Below are positions 13,298-25,599 of a stretch of 64,000 nucleotides of DNA, one piece after another. The translations under genes were made by a program, and so were the position numbers. How positions within the stretch are numbered: position 1 is the first letter of the stretch; the number at the start of each line of letters is the position of its first letter. The stretch is from Octopus sinensis (lineage: Eukaryota), in the NCBI RefSeq assembly GCF_006345805.1, contig NC_043013.1, positions 18,662,001-18,726,000 on the forward strand. The letters run 5' to 3'. The notes below the pieces were generated by a model. The model was not told where the DNA came from and searched no databases. It saw only the letters and a program-made list of their open reading frames with translations.

Positions 13298-16200
13298 ATG
13301 ATCAAGATTGGTTGTGTAAATGCGCGTGGCTGGGGTCCCCTTGGAAACAAGGGTACCTCTTAAATGACATAAAGTCACATAGTTAGAAATCATAGCCATA
13401 AGCGAGACCAGACTCCACAATCCGCGGGCCCTAAAGACCATGTTTGGCGGACAGTTCAACATTTATTTTCCCCCTGTCTGCCGAGAATGGGCGGTAGTGG
13501 CACCGCGGTACTTTTTCACAAGAGTCTGGATCTCAATGTAAGGACAATATTCGTAGACCGGAGGGTAGACTGGTCGTCCTGGATGTCGACGGCAGCAATG
13601 GGTGCGCTTTTCGGCTCGTATCAGTTTACGCACCGCCCTTAACAGGTCGGGCGGATTTCTTTCAACGTCTAGAAGTTTTCTTGGGAACGTCTCGTCCTTT
13701 ACTCTTAGTGGGGGATTGGAATGCTACCTTGGACACGCATGTAGACTACGTGGGTAGAGATAGGAATAGACGGGGATGCAAATGCCTCAGAGACCTGCTC
13801 AGACGCTTTCAACTGTCTGACAGGTTTCGACTAGACCACCCGAATGCGCCAACGTGGACATGGAGCAACCGCATCGGGTCGTCGAGATCGTATCTAGATA
13901 GGATACTGTGTAGGACAGTAGATAGAGATAGCATAGGATGTCCACAATTCCACATAGTCAGCTACACGGATCACAAACTTGTGACATGTACGCTAGACTT
14001 AGGTAAGACACTTAGGCAGGGTCCCGGATACTGGAAACTAAACGCGTCTTTCCCATCGAGACAAGTTTTCAGAGACCGGATTAGCACACTAGTAAAGAGG
14101 GCTTTGACGGGAGCCATCATCAACAACAAATGGTGGTTTGCCCTCAAGAGAGCAGTAAAAGCAGAAGCGATTAGGTACAGCAAAGCACTAGCCATAGATA
14201 GAAATAGAGTAGAGGGTGAGCTAGTTAAGAAGCTAGAAGAGGCAATTAGAAGCGGCATCGCATCCGACGTTTTGGCGGCGAGGTTGGCCCTCGACCAACA
14301 CTTCAACGCCAAACACGAAGGATGTGCTGTCAGAGCTAGGATGCGTGCTCTAAGGAACGAAGGTGTTGGAGCCGCGAGAGAGGCCCGGGTGGCAGAGGCG
14401 CAACAGGGCAACAAAGCCACCATTCGGTCACTGGTAGATGAACAGGGGCGCGAATTGCTCGAGCCAAGTAAAATGTGTGAGGCCTTTCAGCAGCATTTTG
14501 CCCGACTGTTCGGAACGAGTGGAGGGCAAGAACGTAGGGTGGACTTCAGTGCCTACCTACATAGCCTACCACGACTCTCGACAAGAAAGGCAGGGTGCTG
14601 CGAAGGTGCCATCACGGCGGCGGAAGTGCGGGAAGCGATGGCAGAATGCTCGAGGGACAAATCACCGGGTTTGGATGGTCTACCCTACGAGCTTTACAAT
14701 TGTATGCCAGACTTGTTTGGAGATCTCTTGGCGGCGGTGTACTGCAACTGGCAGCAAAACGGGAGCATTCCTGGTTTTGTGAGCCGAGGAGCCGTAACAC
14801 TGCTGAAGAAAGATCTAAACAAGGGAAATGTAATAGATAACTTTAGGCCCATCACTCTGCTTAATGCAGACTTGAAAATTTTGGCCAAGGTGCTAGCCAA
14901 GAGGTTGGCGCTTGTCATCGAGAAACTGGTCGACAAGGCGCAAACATGCGCCGTGCCAGGCCGGACCATCCATGACAACCTCCATCTGATGCGCTACATC
15001 ATAGACAGGGTAGTTAACGAACCTGGCATGGGTGGGGCCCTGATCAACTTGGATCAATCAAAAGCCTTTGATAGGGTAGACCATCGATACTTGGAGGCAG
15101 TCCTGAGAGCGGCTGGTTTCGGTCCCGTCTTCCGCGGCTGGATAGCTGCCTTGTACAGAGGCATCCGTTCGGTAATTCGCGTAAATGGACATCTATCGAG
15201 ACCTTTCGACATTGCACGTTCGGTCCGTCAGGGATGCCCCCTCTCGGCGCTTCTATACGTATTGACTCTTGAGCCACTACTGCGGAAGCTGGCGACTCTA
15301 AGGGGCATCCCGCGAGAATTGGGATGCGGGACGAGCGTGTCTGCATACGCGGACGACGTCACCGTCATAGTGTCTAGCCACGAGCACATCGAGCTGGTCG
15401 GCGAGACACTGAAAAACTACGAAGCGGTGACAGGAGCGAAAAAACAACCGGGAAAAGTCAGTGGGCTTGCGACTAGGCACCTGGAGAAGCAAGCCCATGC
15501 CGTCCACCAGCGCCTCCGTCGTGGGACGCTGGACCGACGGCCCGGTTGAGTTGCTCGGGGTCTGGTTTGGTCCGGACCTCCAAGTGGAGAAGAACTGGAA
15601 CGAGATAACGAGTAGGGTGGTCACTCTCGCCCGGCAATGGGCCGAGAGGAAACTGTCCCTAAAAGGTCGAGCGGAGGTGGCGAACACGTACATCGCGTCC
15701 GTCATCTACTACCGCCTGACCGTCGTACCTTGTCCCGACCCTACCATCACCAAACTACAACGCATCCTCTTTCGCTTCTTGTGGAAGGATGCGTCCCGAT
15801 GGTCAGGCGATCCATTTGCTGTCAACACCCGTTAAAAGGAGGGCTGGGCATGCCGTGGTTGATGATGCGCAGACACGCGCTGAGACTGCGACATCTCTGG
15901 CTCTATGTAGACGACGGTGAACAGGTGTGGTCGCCGTTTGTGAGGCACGCTTCCCGCAGCTCGTCTCCATGACCGAACTGCAGTCGTGGATCAAAAAGAG
16001 GCCGAGGAAGGGCGAATGGCACCGCGAGTGTCGCGTTGCTCTCAAGCAACTCTGCCGTCCTGGGTCGACCTTAAGTGACTTCAACACAACCAAAGCATTC
16101 TATAGGGTTTAGTGGAGGGGAGGTACGACGACGAGCTCGGGGCGAACCTGGACGTCGACGAGGAGTACCTGACCCGCCTGTTCGGGACGACTTTCGGGCC

Positions 16201-16729
16201 AGGGCCCATGGACAACTTCCAGAGATCCCTGGCCTGGCAGTGCTACCGAGAAGCGCTACCCGTTCGGGATAAGCTCTACAGACACGGCTCGAGAAACACG
16301 GGGCCGACCTGCCCGAGATGCGGTCAGAGCGACGAAACCGTTCTGCACGCACTCGTTCAGTGTCCAACAATTTCCGACCTGTGGGCTTATGTCGAACAAC
16401 TGCTGTCACGTGTGGGACGAGTCGGTTTATCAGCTGAGTCTATCGTCAATATTGTCACGCCTCCTTCCTTCAAACGGGAAGGAAGAGCTATTTTCATCAT
16501 CCTTGTGGCTATGGCGAAAGAATGTATCTGGTGGACGCGTCTGAAAGGATTGGAGACAAACACTTTCCTCTCTGGTCAATCTCTCATCAACTTCTTCAAG
16601 TACCACTTGAAAAGGAAAGTGAGAGTAGAGAGGCAAGTTTTGTCTAGCGAATGTTTTAAAAAAAGATGGGTGAATGTAGCAAGAATGGCACGTATGAATG
16701 ACGAAGCCACCTTGAGCATAGTCCTATGA
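13298..16729 (+). CDS. ORF2: APE endonuclease + reverse transcriptase + C-terminal zinc finger (8 single-base frameshifts)
   Basis: APE motifs GCVNARG, ISETRL, VYAP, GDWNA, YLDRIL, TDHKLV; RT motifs SPGLDGLP, FRPITLLN, DQSKAFD, RQGCPLS, YADD; CPRCGQSDETVLHALVQC. Manual reframing gives about 1145 aa. Confidence 0.95.
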
Positions 16730-16939
16730 ACCCAGAAATCGAAAACAGAGAGTGCTTATTTGCAAAAAAAAAAAAAAAAAAAAAAAGAAATATAAAATGT
16801 GACTTCATTGACCGAGGTTACCGTGGTCTTTTCCGCAGGCTTTTCTTTCCACGGGTAAACCTCACCTGTCCTCCCCTTTACACTTCATATTGACATTTCT
16901 GTGATAACGATCCCTATTGATCATTTTTTTTCCTCTCCC

Positions 16940-16975
<36 letters not shown>

Positions 16976-17133
16976 CCCCTTATTTTTGTCCTCTTTCTCT
17001 CCTTTTACGATCCCTTTTGATCGAACCTCCCCCTTCTTTTTTTTTTTTTTTTTTTTTTTAATACCTTCAAAAGAAAAGCTCTACCTTGTAATTTGTTCTC
17101 TGTGTGCAGCCCTGTGTGGCTAATAAAGAAACA

Positions 17134-17161
<28 letters not shown>
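17134..17161. repeat. (TATC)n, 3' flank of the LINE
   Basis: Read directly. Confidence 0.95.
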
Positions 17162-17178
<17 letters not shown>

Positions 17179-18078
17179 GTCAATCTATCTGACTGTCCGT
17201 CCGTCCGCTGTCTGTCTATGTGTGTGTGAATGTCTGTTTAAAGACACACACACAAACACAAGTACCCGTCACCCCCCACACATGTTTAAAATTGTAGACC
17301 ATAGTTTCGCATCTAGGTATCTAAAATACCGTGCAGGGACAAAGGCTATGCTCTTCTATACGGTGATTTTCGGGTTACGGCTGCCACTATATATATTTCT
17401 TATTGTGTGTGTGTGTGTATTGAGAGAGGAAGAGTGAGAGATACAGATGTATATGTGTGTGCGTGCGTATACCCGAGTTTATGTGCTTGTCTCTGCGTCT
17501 GTGGGTGTTTGTGTTGCGTCCCTTTATGATTCATAGGGGCTCGCTGTATAGAGATCGATTAAATAGTTACCGGCCTGAAATCGGTACGGGGGAAGAAACG
17601 ATAAATCAAGACATTGAATAACAGAAAGCAAATACAAGAATACAAGCACATACACATACATACATACATACACATACATAACAATACACAAACACACGCA
17701 CATACACACACATGCACACATGCACACACACTCAGACATATATACTTTCTCTCTTCCTCTCGCGCGCGCATACAATCACACAGCCATATTGTTCCTAGAA
17801 GAATGCTGGTGAATGTTTTTGCGTTTAATGTTTGACATAAATAACCTGTCATGGCAGTTTGATCGACTTCAACAAGAAGTTCATATATACGTGCTTCGTT
17901 CTTAATGTTTTGCTTAGCAGCTTGAGTCGGTTAATCTAACAAGAACGAATAAATTTACAGTTCACAAAAGTCACAGACCGTCATACAATACTCTCTGTAA
18001 ATGTTGACTATCTCAGCCTTATGGCTTATATGTGTATTTCTGCCGTGGTCTGTGCATTATTGTGTCTCTCTGTCTGTG

Positions 18079-18616
<538 letters not shown>

Positions 18617-18629
18617 CCCACAAATATAT

Positions 18630-19035
18630 CTGTGTGGTAAGCAGGTTGGTTCTCAACTATATGCATCCGGGTTCAGTCGCACCACTTGGCACCTTGGGCA
18701 AGTTCTTCTATAGCCTACTATAGATTTGGCAGACGGAAACTGATAGAAGCTCGTCATACATACATAAATATATATCTATGTATTGTTTCTTTGCTTATGT
18801 GTTTGTCCCTCATCACCACTTGAACGCCGTGTTCGTGAGTTTATGTCTCTGCTACTCAGCGTTCCGGCAAAAGTGACCGATAGAATAAGTACCAGGATTT
18901 ACAATAAATAAATAAATAAATAAATAAAACAAAATATAAAAAATAGTAATAATAATTACTGGGGTCGATACGTTCGACTAAATTTCCTCAAGATGATCCG
19001 CCACTACGGACGTAGTCTAACGACCGAAATAACTG
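18630..19035 (+). mobile_element. SINE family A, older diverged copy
   Basis: ggttcagtc B-box, ccttgggcaagt, gacggaaactga, gaccgatagaataagtac, ggggtcgat. Confidence 0.75.
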
Positions 19036-19091
19036 GGATTTAAAATATAAAATATATGTGTGCATGTATGTGTGTATCCGTGAGAGAGGGG

Positions 19092-19167
<76 letters not shown>

Positions 19168-19357
19168 AATCTTTCATTTTAAACAGTGAAATTCGAAGTC
19201 GATAAAGTTACAAACAATAGTGTGCAAAATATTGGGTTTAAGAAATCCTATGGTTGGAAAAACGTCCGTAGCTGTCCGTCAGACGGAAAAACACATATAT
19301 ATATATAAAGAATATATATATATATATATGTATGTATGTATACACACACACACACAC

Positions 19358-19800
19358 ATTCTTTCATATGTTTCAGTCATATGACTGCGACCATGTCGGA
19401 GCTCCGCCTTTAGTCGACAAAATTGACCCCAAGGCTTCCTTGTAAGCCCAGTACTCATGTATCGCACGCTTTTGCTGAACGGCTAAGTTATGGGGACATA
19501 AACACACCAATATCGGTTGCCAAGCGATGGTGGGAGGACAAACATAGACACTCAAACACACACACGCACACACACACACACACTCACACTCACACACATA
19601 CAGACATGTATGTATATATATATAATATATATATATATACACACGACGGCTTCTTTCAGTTTCCGTCTACCAAATCCATTTACAAGGCTTGGGTTGGCCC
19701 GAGGCTATAGCAGAAGACACTTGCCCAAGATGCCACGCTGTGGGACTGAACCTAGAATTATGTGGTTGGTAAGCAAGCTAATTATCACAGTCACCCGTCT
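19358..19800 (-). mobile_element. SINE family A
   Basis: Reverse complement of the 42957 copy along its full length, including the internal TA/CA tract. Confidence 0.85.
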
Positions 19801-20288
19801 GTGTGTGTGTGTGAGGGGGGGGGGGGGGGTTATACACGCGCACTTTAAAAAAATCAGCGTGGCGACAGACCTCTGCAGAGTTTCCAGGACTGGCAGAATT
19901 TCCCTGAACACTTATACAACCTTATCGTCGAAGAGATTAACCTAAGGAATTTCTTGTGGAATCGAACCCAAACTACATGATTTCCAAAGTATCTTAAGCA
20001 TCACAGAAATTTAATTATGTATATAGATATAGTTGCGTCAACGCATATAATTGGTTTGTTTCTATACAAACACTCACATGTATGAATGCCTACAAATATA
20101 TAAAAGAAGCACACACATTCATGCATGTGTGTATACATATGGATTTATAAAATTAAATACGCGCATACGACGCATATAACCGTCTGCTTTTATATATGTT
20201 CTTTTCCTTGTTTCAGTCATTTGACTGCAGTCAAGCTGGAGCACCGCCTTGAGATACATACATACATACATATATATATATATTTTTT

Positions 20289-21710
20289 TTTAGTGAAGGG
20301 AAGAAATGGAGCTGAACGAAGATTCTACAAAATTCCTTTTATTATTTTCTACACATGTTTCAAAGGCTGCAAATTTCCAAATTCGGATTGAATAAGGGGA
20401 CCATTTTGCAGCTTTCTCTTCAGGAAAATCCAGGAATTTAAATCTCCAAAACAAATGCGCAGCAAGCTATTCGAACAAAATGCTCCTTAGGAGCCCATGG
20501 TATGGCACAAAACTGTCTCTCAATGTGCGTTGACGTCAGGGTGTGTGAAGGCCGACGAAAAAGTCCGTTGGAATAAATCGAGGTCAAACTGTGGTTAAAT
20601 CTGGTAGGGGAAGAATTACTGAAAACCAAAGGGTGTGAATATATTCTGTATAACTAATGTTAATGTTCAGATTGTTTTAAGAATGAAAGCTATCTTATTT
20701 AGGTGTGAGAACCTACCTACATGTATGTGTGTATGCGCCTGTGTATGTGTGGCAGTATGTTAGGAAGCAGCTAGAGGGAAAGTATATTGCTGATATTGTT
20801 GGTCACGCGGCTGATAAAAGCCTGTGTCTGTGTGTTCGTCTGTGGCCAGTTTGTATACAGATGACTTGTCAAAACAAGGGGAGTATAATCCCTGATAATG
20901 TTTCTAAATAAGTAGCAGATCATACGCTAAAAGGGGAGTAATTTCCCCTTACACATTTAATTAAAAATTTTTTTCAAAACTTTTTCCAAACTTTTTTTCC
21001 TTTTCTTAGGACATCAAGGTGTTAATTATCTTAGGCTTCAATTGTATGCAAGAAATGTGTGGCGCCGCCAAAGGGGACATCTAAAAGAGTTTTGCAAAAT
21101 CGCGTTAACTAGCTGCCCTCGGGCGAACAAAATGTGAAAAAGTTCATAGTTGCAGAGATTACAGATTCTTTTGCCTCTATCAAACGGTACCGACACCGAT
21201 AAAATCGACCATTCCAGTCTAAAAGCTGAATTCGCGTTCTTCAAACGCCAGATCAATTTACTTAGTCCGGTCGCGTGTTGTTTTCTAAAATCGCGAAATG
21301 TTGTGAAGTGGTTCGATATTCTCACGGCCAATTTTGATGATGACGCTCCGATATACAAGTAGACATCTGATTCAGTATACACTCTGCATTGGTAAATGGC
21401 ATTTCTAACCTTGGAATTACTAGATAAGAACCTTATTCTATTGGGATTGGCTTCTGATATTAATACGGCGTTCTTATTACTATGATGATTGTGAGAGCTG
21501 CGGCTGTCTTCGACATTATACACCCCATTATCAATACTATTTAATGGAATATCACCTGTATATTCCCTGTCACTGAGATCGCTGTGATTGCTAATGTCCG
21601 TGATCCTACTGTTCGAATTTGGAAATTTGCAGCCTTTGAAACATGTGTAGAAAATAATAAAAGGAATTTTGTAGAATCTTCGTTCAGCTCCATTTCTTCC
21701 CTTCACTAAA
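20289..21710 (-). mobile_element. RT-less Penelope-like element bounded by a perfect 97-bp inverted repeat
   Basis: 20289-20385 is the exact reverse complement of 21614-21710; encloses a GIY-YIG ORF, a UTR and a probable ORF N-terminal stub. Confidence 0.8.
21038..21706 (-). CDS. GIY-YIG endonuclease (PLE type), open 222-codon frame
   Basis: AIYQCRVYTESDVYLYIGAS..RISNHFTTF..TGLSKLIW.LK..WSIL..PFDRGKRICNLCNYE. The frame starts at a GTG inside the inverted arm, so it is probably not a natural start. Confidence 0.8.
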   Translation of the reverse strand: MKGRNGAERRFYKIPFIIFYTCFKGCKFPNSNSRITDISNHSDLSDREYTGDIPLNSIDNGVYNVEDSRSSHNHHSNKNAVLISEANPNRIRFLSSNSKVRNAIYQCRVYTESDVYLYIGASSSKLAVRISNHFTTFRDFRKQHATGLSKLIWRLKNANSAFRLEWSILSVSVPFDRGKRICNLCNYELFHILFARGQLVNAILQNSFRCPLWRRHTFLAYN

Positions 21711-21909
21711 TATATAAAACTTCAATTATCCGCGCTAAGGCACGGTTGCGACATCCCATGGTCGTAACCCCAACCGTGTTTTTTTCTGTCGTGATTTTTG
21801 CTACCCAGGTATCGGTTAAATTTTGAATAATCCGTAACAAGATAATTCATTTATCCATTTCAATAAATATATATATATATATATATATATCATTATATAC
21901 GTATATATC

Positions 21910-22002
<93 letters not shown>

Positions 22003-22019
22003 TATATATATACGTTTAA

Positions 22020-22781
22020 ATATTGTTGTGCAAGATTTTTTATGTGAAGTCGTGTGTTGAAACAGATATTGTTATATTTCGGAATGGTCATATTGCCAGT
22101 TTAGCCAATAGTGGATCCTGCAAACATAATAAATACAGGTAATTAAAGAAATAGAAATGAATATCTATATATATGTATATGTGTATATATGTGTATATGT
22201 ATGGTGTATATATGTGTGTATATATGTATATATATATATATGTATATGTTATGTATGTATATATATATATATGTATATGTATATTCTTTTTTTTTTTTTT
22301 TTCGATTAGATTTATTATTATTATACTAATATTGTTGTTATACATACATACAAGCATATGTAATGATAATAATGGGTGGATGTAAACACATGAACAAAAT
22401 TAGAACAAAAACAACAACAACAAAAACAAAATACAAATTACAAGAATGTATATAACCAGAAGATACAAATATTACAGGCATCCCCCCACACACACACTAA
22501 ATAAACATAGACGCACATAGAGATATAAGCATGCGCAAATGAAGACATACAATAGAAATACAAAATGGCTGACGGTTAGTAAGGAGAGACACAAGTAAGT
22601 TAGAAGAAAACAAAGGACCACTGATGCGGTCACAGGAGTGTGACGAAAGAACTTTGGCCGAAATAAGATTAAGATTAATGTAAAAAATAAATATCACTGA
22701 AGCAAAATAACACCAAATATATAGTGCGTGTGTTTTTATTGGCTAAACTGGCAATATGACCATTCCGAAATATAACAATAT
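22020..22781 (+). mobile_element. probable non-autonomous PLE-derived element with a perfect 45-bp inverted repeat
   Basis: 22066-22110 is the reverse complement of 22737-22781; degenerate hammerhead-like ctgatgcggtca..tggccgaaa at about 22620-22665; (TA)n flanks. Confidence 0.55.
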
Positions 22782-22804
22782 ATATATATATATATATATA
22801 CATA

Positions 22805-22998
22805 CAGGGATTAGACAAAATAATGGAAACACCTTAAAATGTCAAACAAATGTATTTTAATATGGGGCAGGACCGACTTTGACAGTAATTACAGCTTGAA
22901 TTCTACAAGGTATGGACTCGTACAAAATTTGAAATTTTTTCTAAAGGAATTTTTTCTTTTATTCAGCTAAAGCTGTCTCCAGTTCTTGTAGTAATTTT
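22805..22998 (-). mobile_element. Tc1 transposon 3' end with TIR
   Basis: ta+cagggattagacaaaataatggaaacacc TIR; the reverse strand encodes ELETALAE..LYESIPCRIQAVITVKVGPAPY*. Confidence 0.8.
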
Positions 22999-23011
22999 AA
23001 AAAATTTTATT

Positions 23012-23305
23012 TATGCGCCCGTTTCAAGCCTAGCAAGGATCACGGGCCCGGTTTCCCGTTCTCTATGGCGTATGTGTTCCTCCCAGCTGGACGGGACGCC
23101 AGTCCATCGCAGCGTTACTCAAGAAACTGGAAGAGAGAGTGAGAGAAAGTTGGAGCGAAAGAGTACAACAAGGGTCGCCCCCCTATCGGGGCCTTGTCGA
23201 GCTTTTAGGTATTTTCGCTCAATAAATACAGACAACGCCCGGTCTGGGAATCGAAACCGCGGTCCTCCGAACACAAGTTCGCTGCCCTAACCACTGGGCC
23301 ATTGC
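23012..23305 (-). mobile_element. tRNA-derived SINE family C with a Meta-domain-like core
   Basis: A-box tggcccagtgg, B-box ggtttcgattccc, then gctgcgatggactggcgtcccgtccagctggg..gaaaccggg; homologous to 33188-33385. Confidence 0.8.
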
Positions 23306-24634
23306 ACATCCACATTATACACACACACACACACACACATACACACACACACACACAGACATATATATATATACTTACACACATCTATATACACACACAC
23401 ACATATATATATACGTACACACATTTATGTATGCACCTGAATGTATATGTATGTACACATCTGAATGTATATAAACAAATACAATCTACACATGCACAAA
23501 CACATATAGATGTTTACATGTATATACCAGACGAAATCGAAGCGTTAATTCCAGTGTATCAATAAAATTTCAAGCCATCCTACTTCCTGTAATAATATTA
23601 CTAGACAGATAATGTAAATAATTTATACCGTCCCGCTAATTATGATATAATGCTGATAAATGCAAATAAAAGACACATTAGTTTTTAACAAAATACATTA
23701 TAGACAAAAGGATATAAAATTTTGATCTGTAACTTACATTCTTCTGAGTAGCAGTTGAGAATACGTTGATATACATGACGTCAAGCCATGGACACTAACA
23801 AAAGCCTGTACAATATTGGTTGGACGGTGCTTGAACACATCCATCACACAACACGCCATGAAAGAAAACATAAAACCCAATGATGGAACTTTATGGTATT
23901 CTATCTTTAATTTCAACCACATTAAGACGACGATGATTCGGGTTTATTAGACATGGTGTGGAGTTGTAAAAATGAGGTGGTACTAAATGAGGTGATTGTA
24001 GGGAAGACTTCTCACAATAGAAAATCGAGAAGAAAACCTCGCTTTTTGTAGCCAGCTGGCACGAGTTACTGAAATATAGTTGGGTAAAACCTGCTTGCAA
24101 AGACACATATGGAGACACGGATCCACACATATAAAGATTCCCATCCATACATGCAAACATGGTACGTAGTTATAGCACACACACACACACACACACACAG
24201 ACATGCACACACAAGCAGACAGAGGTGCAAACATATACAAACACACGCTTACACACACATACATAGAAAACACTCAAACACCGACATGCAAGCACATAAA
24301 TACGCAGGATACATACATGCAGATGCACACACATACATACATATATACATATGCATACACACACATATATACATACATACTCATGCAAACACACAGATAC
24401 ATACATAAGTACATGCATGCATGTATAGGCACACACACACACACACACATACGCACAAACAAACAAAAGGGAATGCAGTGTAGATAACGGACAGGGTCAA
24501 GACTATTGAAAAGGTTGCAAGACGCAACGAAAATTTTAGGAAAATAAAAATAAGAAATAAGTGGAAATTTTACCGGTGAGTGTGTTACATTATAAGGCAC
24601 AGAAAGAAAATGACTCTCCCCAGACACAAAAGAA

Positions 24635-24720
24635 TAATAATAATATTAATAATAATAGTAATACTAATACTACTACTACTAATAATAATAATGATAATAA
24701 TAATAATAATAATAATAATG

Positions 24721-24805
<85 letters not shown>

Positions 24806-24926
24806 TAATAAAAATAATAATAATATATAATAATAATGATACTAATAGTAATAAATAATAATAATAATAATATATAATAATAATAATAATATAATAATAA
24901 TAATGATACTAATAGTAATAATAATA

Positions 24927-24958
<32 letters not shown>

Positions 24959-25031
24959 TATAATAATAATAATAAGATAATAATAATGATACTAATAGTA
25001 ATAATAATAATAATAATAATAATTATACTAA

Positions 25032-25100
<69 letters not shown>

Positions 25101-25148
25101 TAATAATAATTTATGATACTAATAGTAATAATAATAATAATAATAATC

Positions 25149-25190
<42 letters not shown>

Positions 25191-25195
25191 TACTA

Positions 25196-25273
<78 letters not shown>

Positions 25274-25278
25274 TACTA

Positions 25279-25314
<36 letters not shown>

Positions 25315-25385
25315 TAATAATAATAATAATAATAATAACAATAATTATAATAATAATAATAATAATACTGTATAATAATAATAAT
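24635..25385. repeat. long imperfect (AAT)n array
   Basis: Read directly. Confidence 0.98.
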
Positions 25386-25409
25386 AATGGCTTCAACAAC
25401 ATTCCTTTC

Positions 25410-25580
25410 TACTACATGCATGCACAAGGATTGAAATTTTGACCTGAAATTCTGGCACTTCGTCTATCGAAACCGAAAGAATGACAGGTAAAGTCGACCT
25501 TGGCCGTATTTGAGCTCAGTACGTACAGAGAGAGTGAATTCCGCTGTGCATCTTCCTAGCGTGCCACCGATTCTGACACA
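25410..25580 (-). mobile_element. degenerate SINE family B (ATT-tail type)
   Basis: gaaag..aggtaaagtcgacc..tttgagctcag..tagcgtgcc is a reverse match to the family B head; its tail abuts the AAT array. Confidence 0.6.
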
Positions 25581-25599
25581 ATGCTATTAGGAGAAGAAA

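Larger units (their letters stand above)
10990..17133 (+). mobile_element. full-length L1/Tx1-clade non-LTR retrotransposon
   Basis: ~210-nt 5' UTR, ORF1, 31-nt spacer, ORF2 (APE-RT-zinc finger), ~400-nt 3' UTR ending cagccctgtgtggctaataaagaaaca; (TATC)n on both sides. Confidence 0.95.

Noticed and set aside
10766-17161. Defined TSD for the LINE (catatctatc at both 10766 and 17132)
   Set aside because: It cannot be delimited within a pure repeat, and the shared 'ca' is probably coincidental.
20289-21710. Conventional TIR DNA transposon
   Set aside because: There is no DDE transposase or typical terminal motif; the internal protein is a PLE-type GIY-YIG and the arm appears to be PLE ORF sequence.
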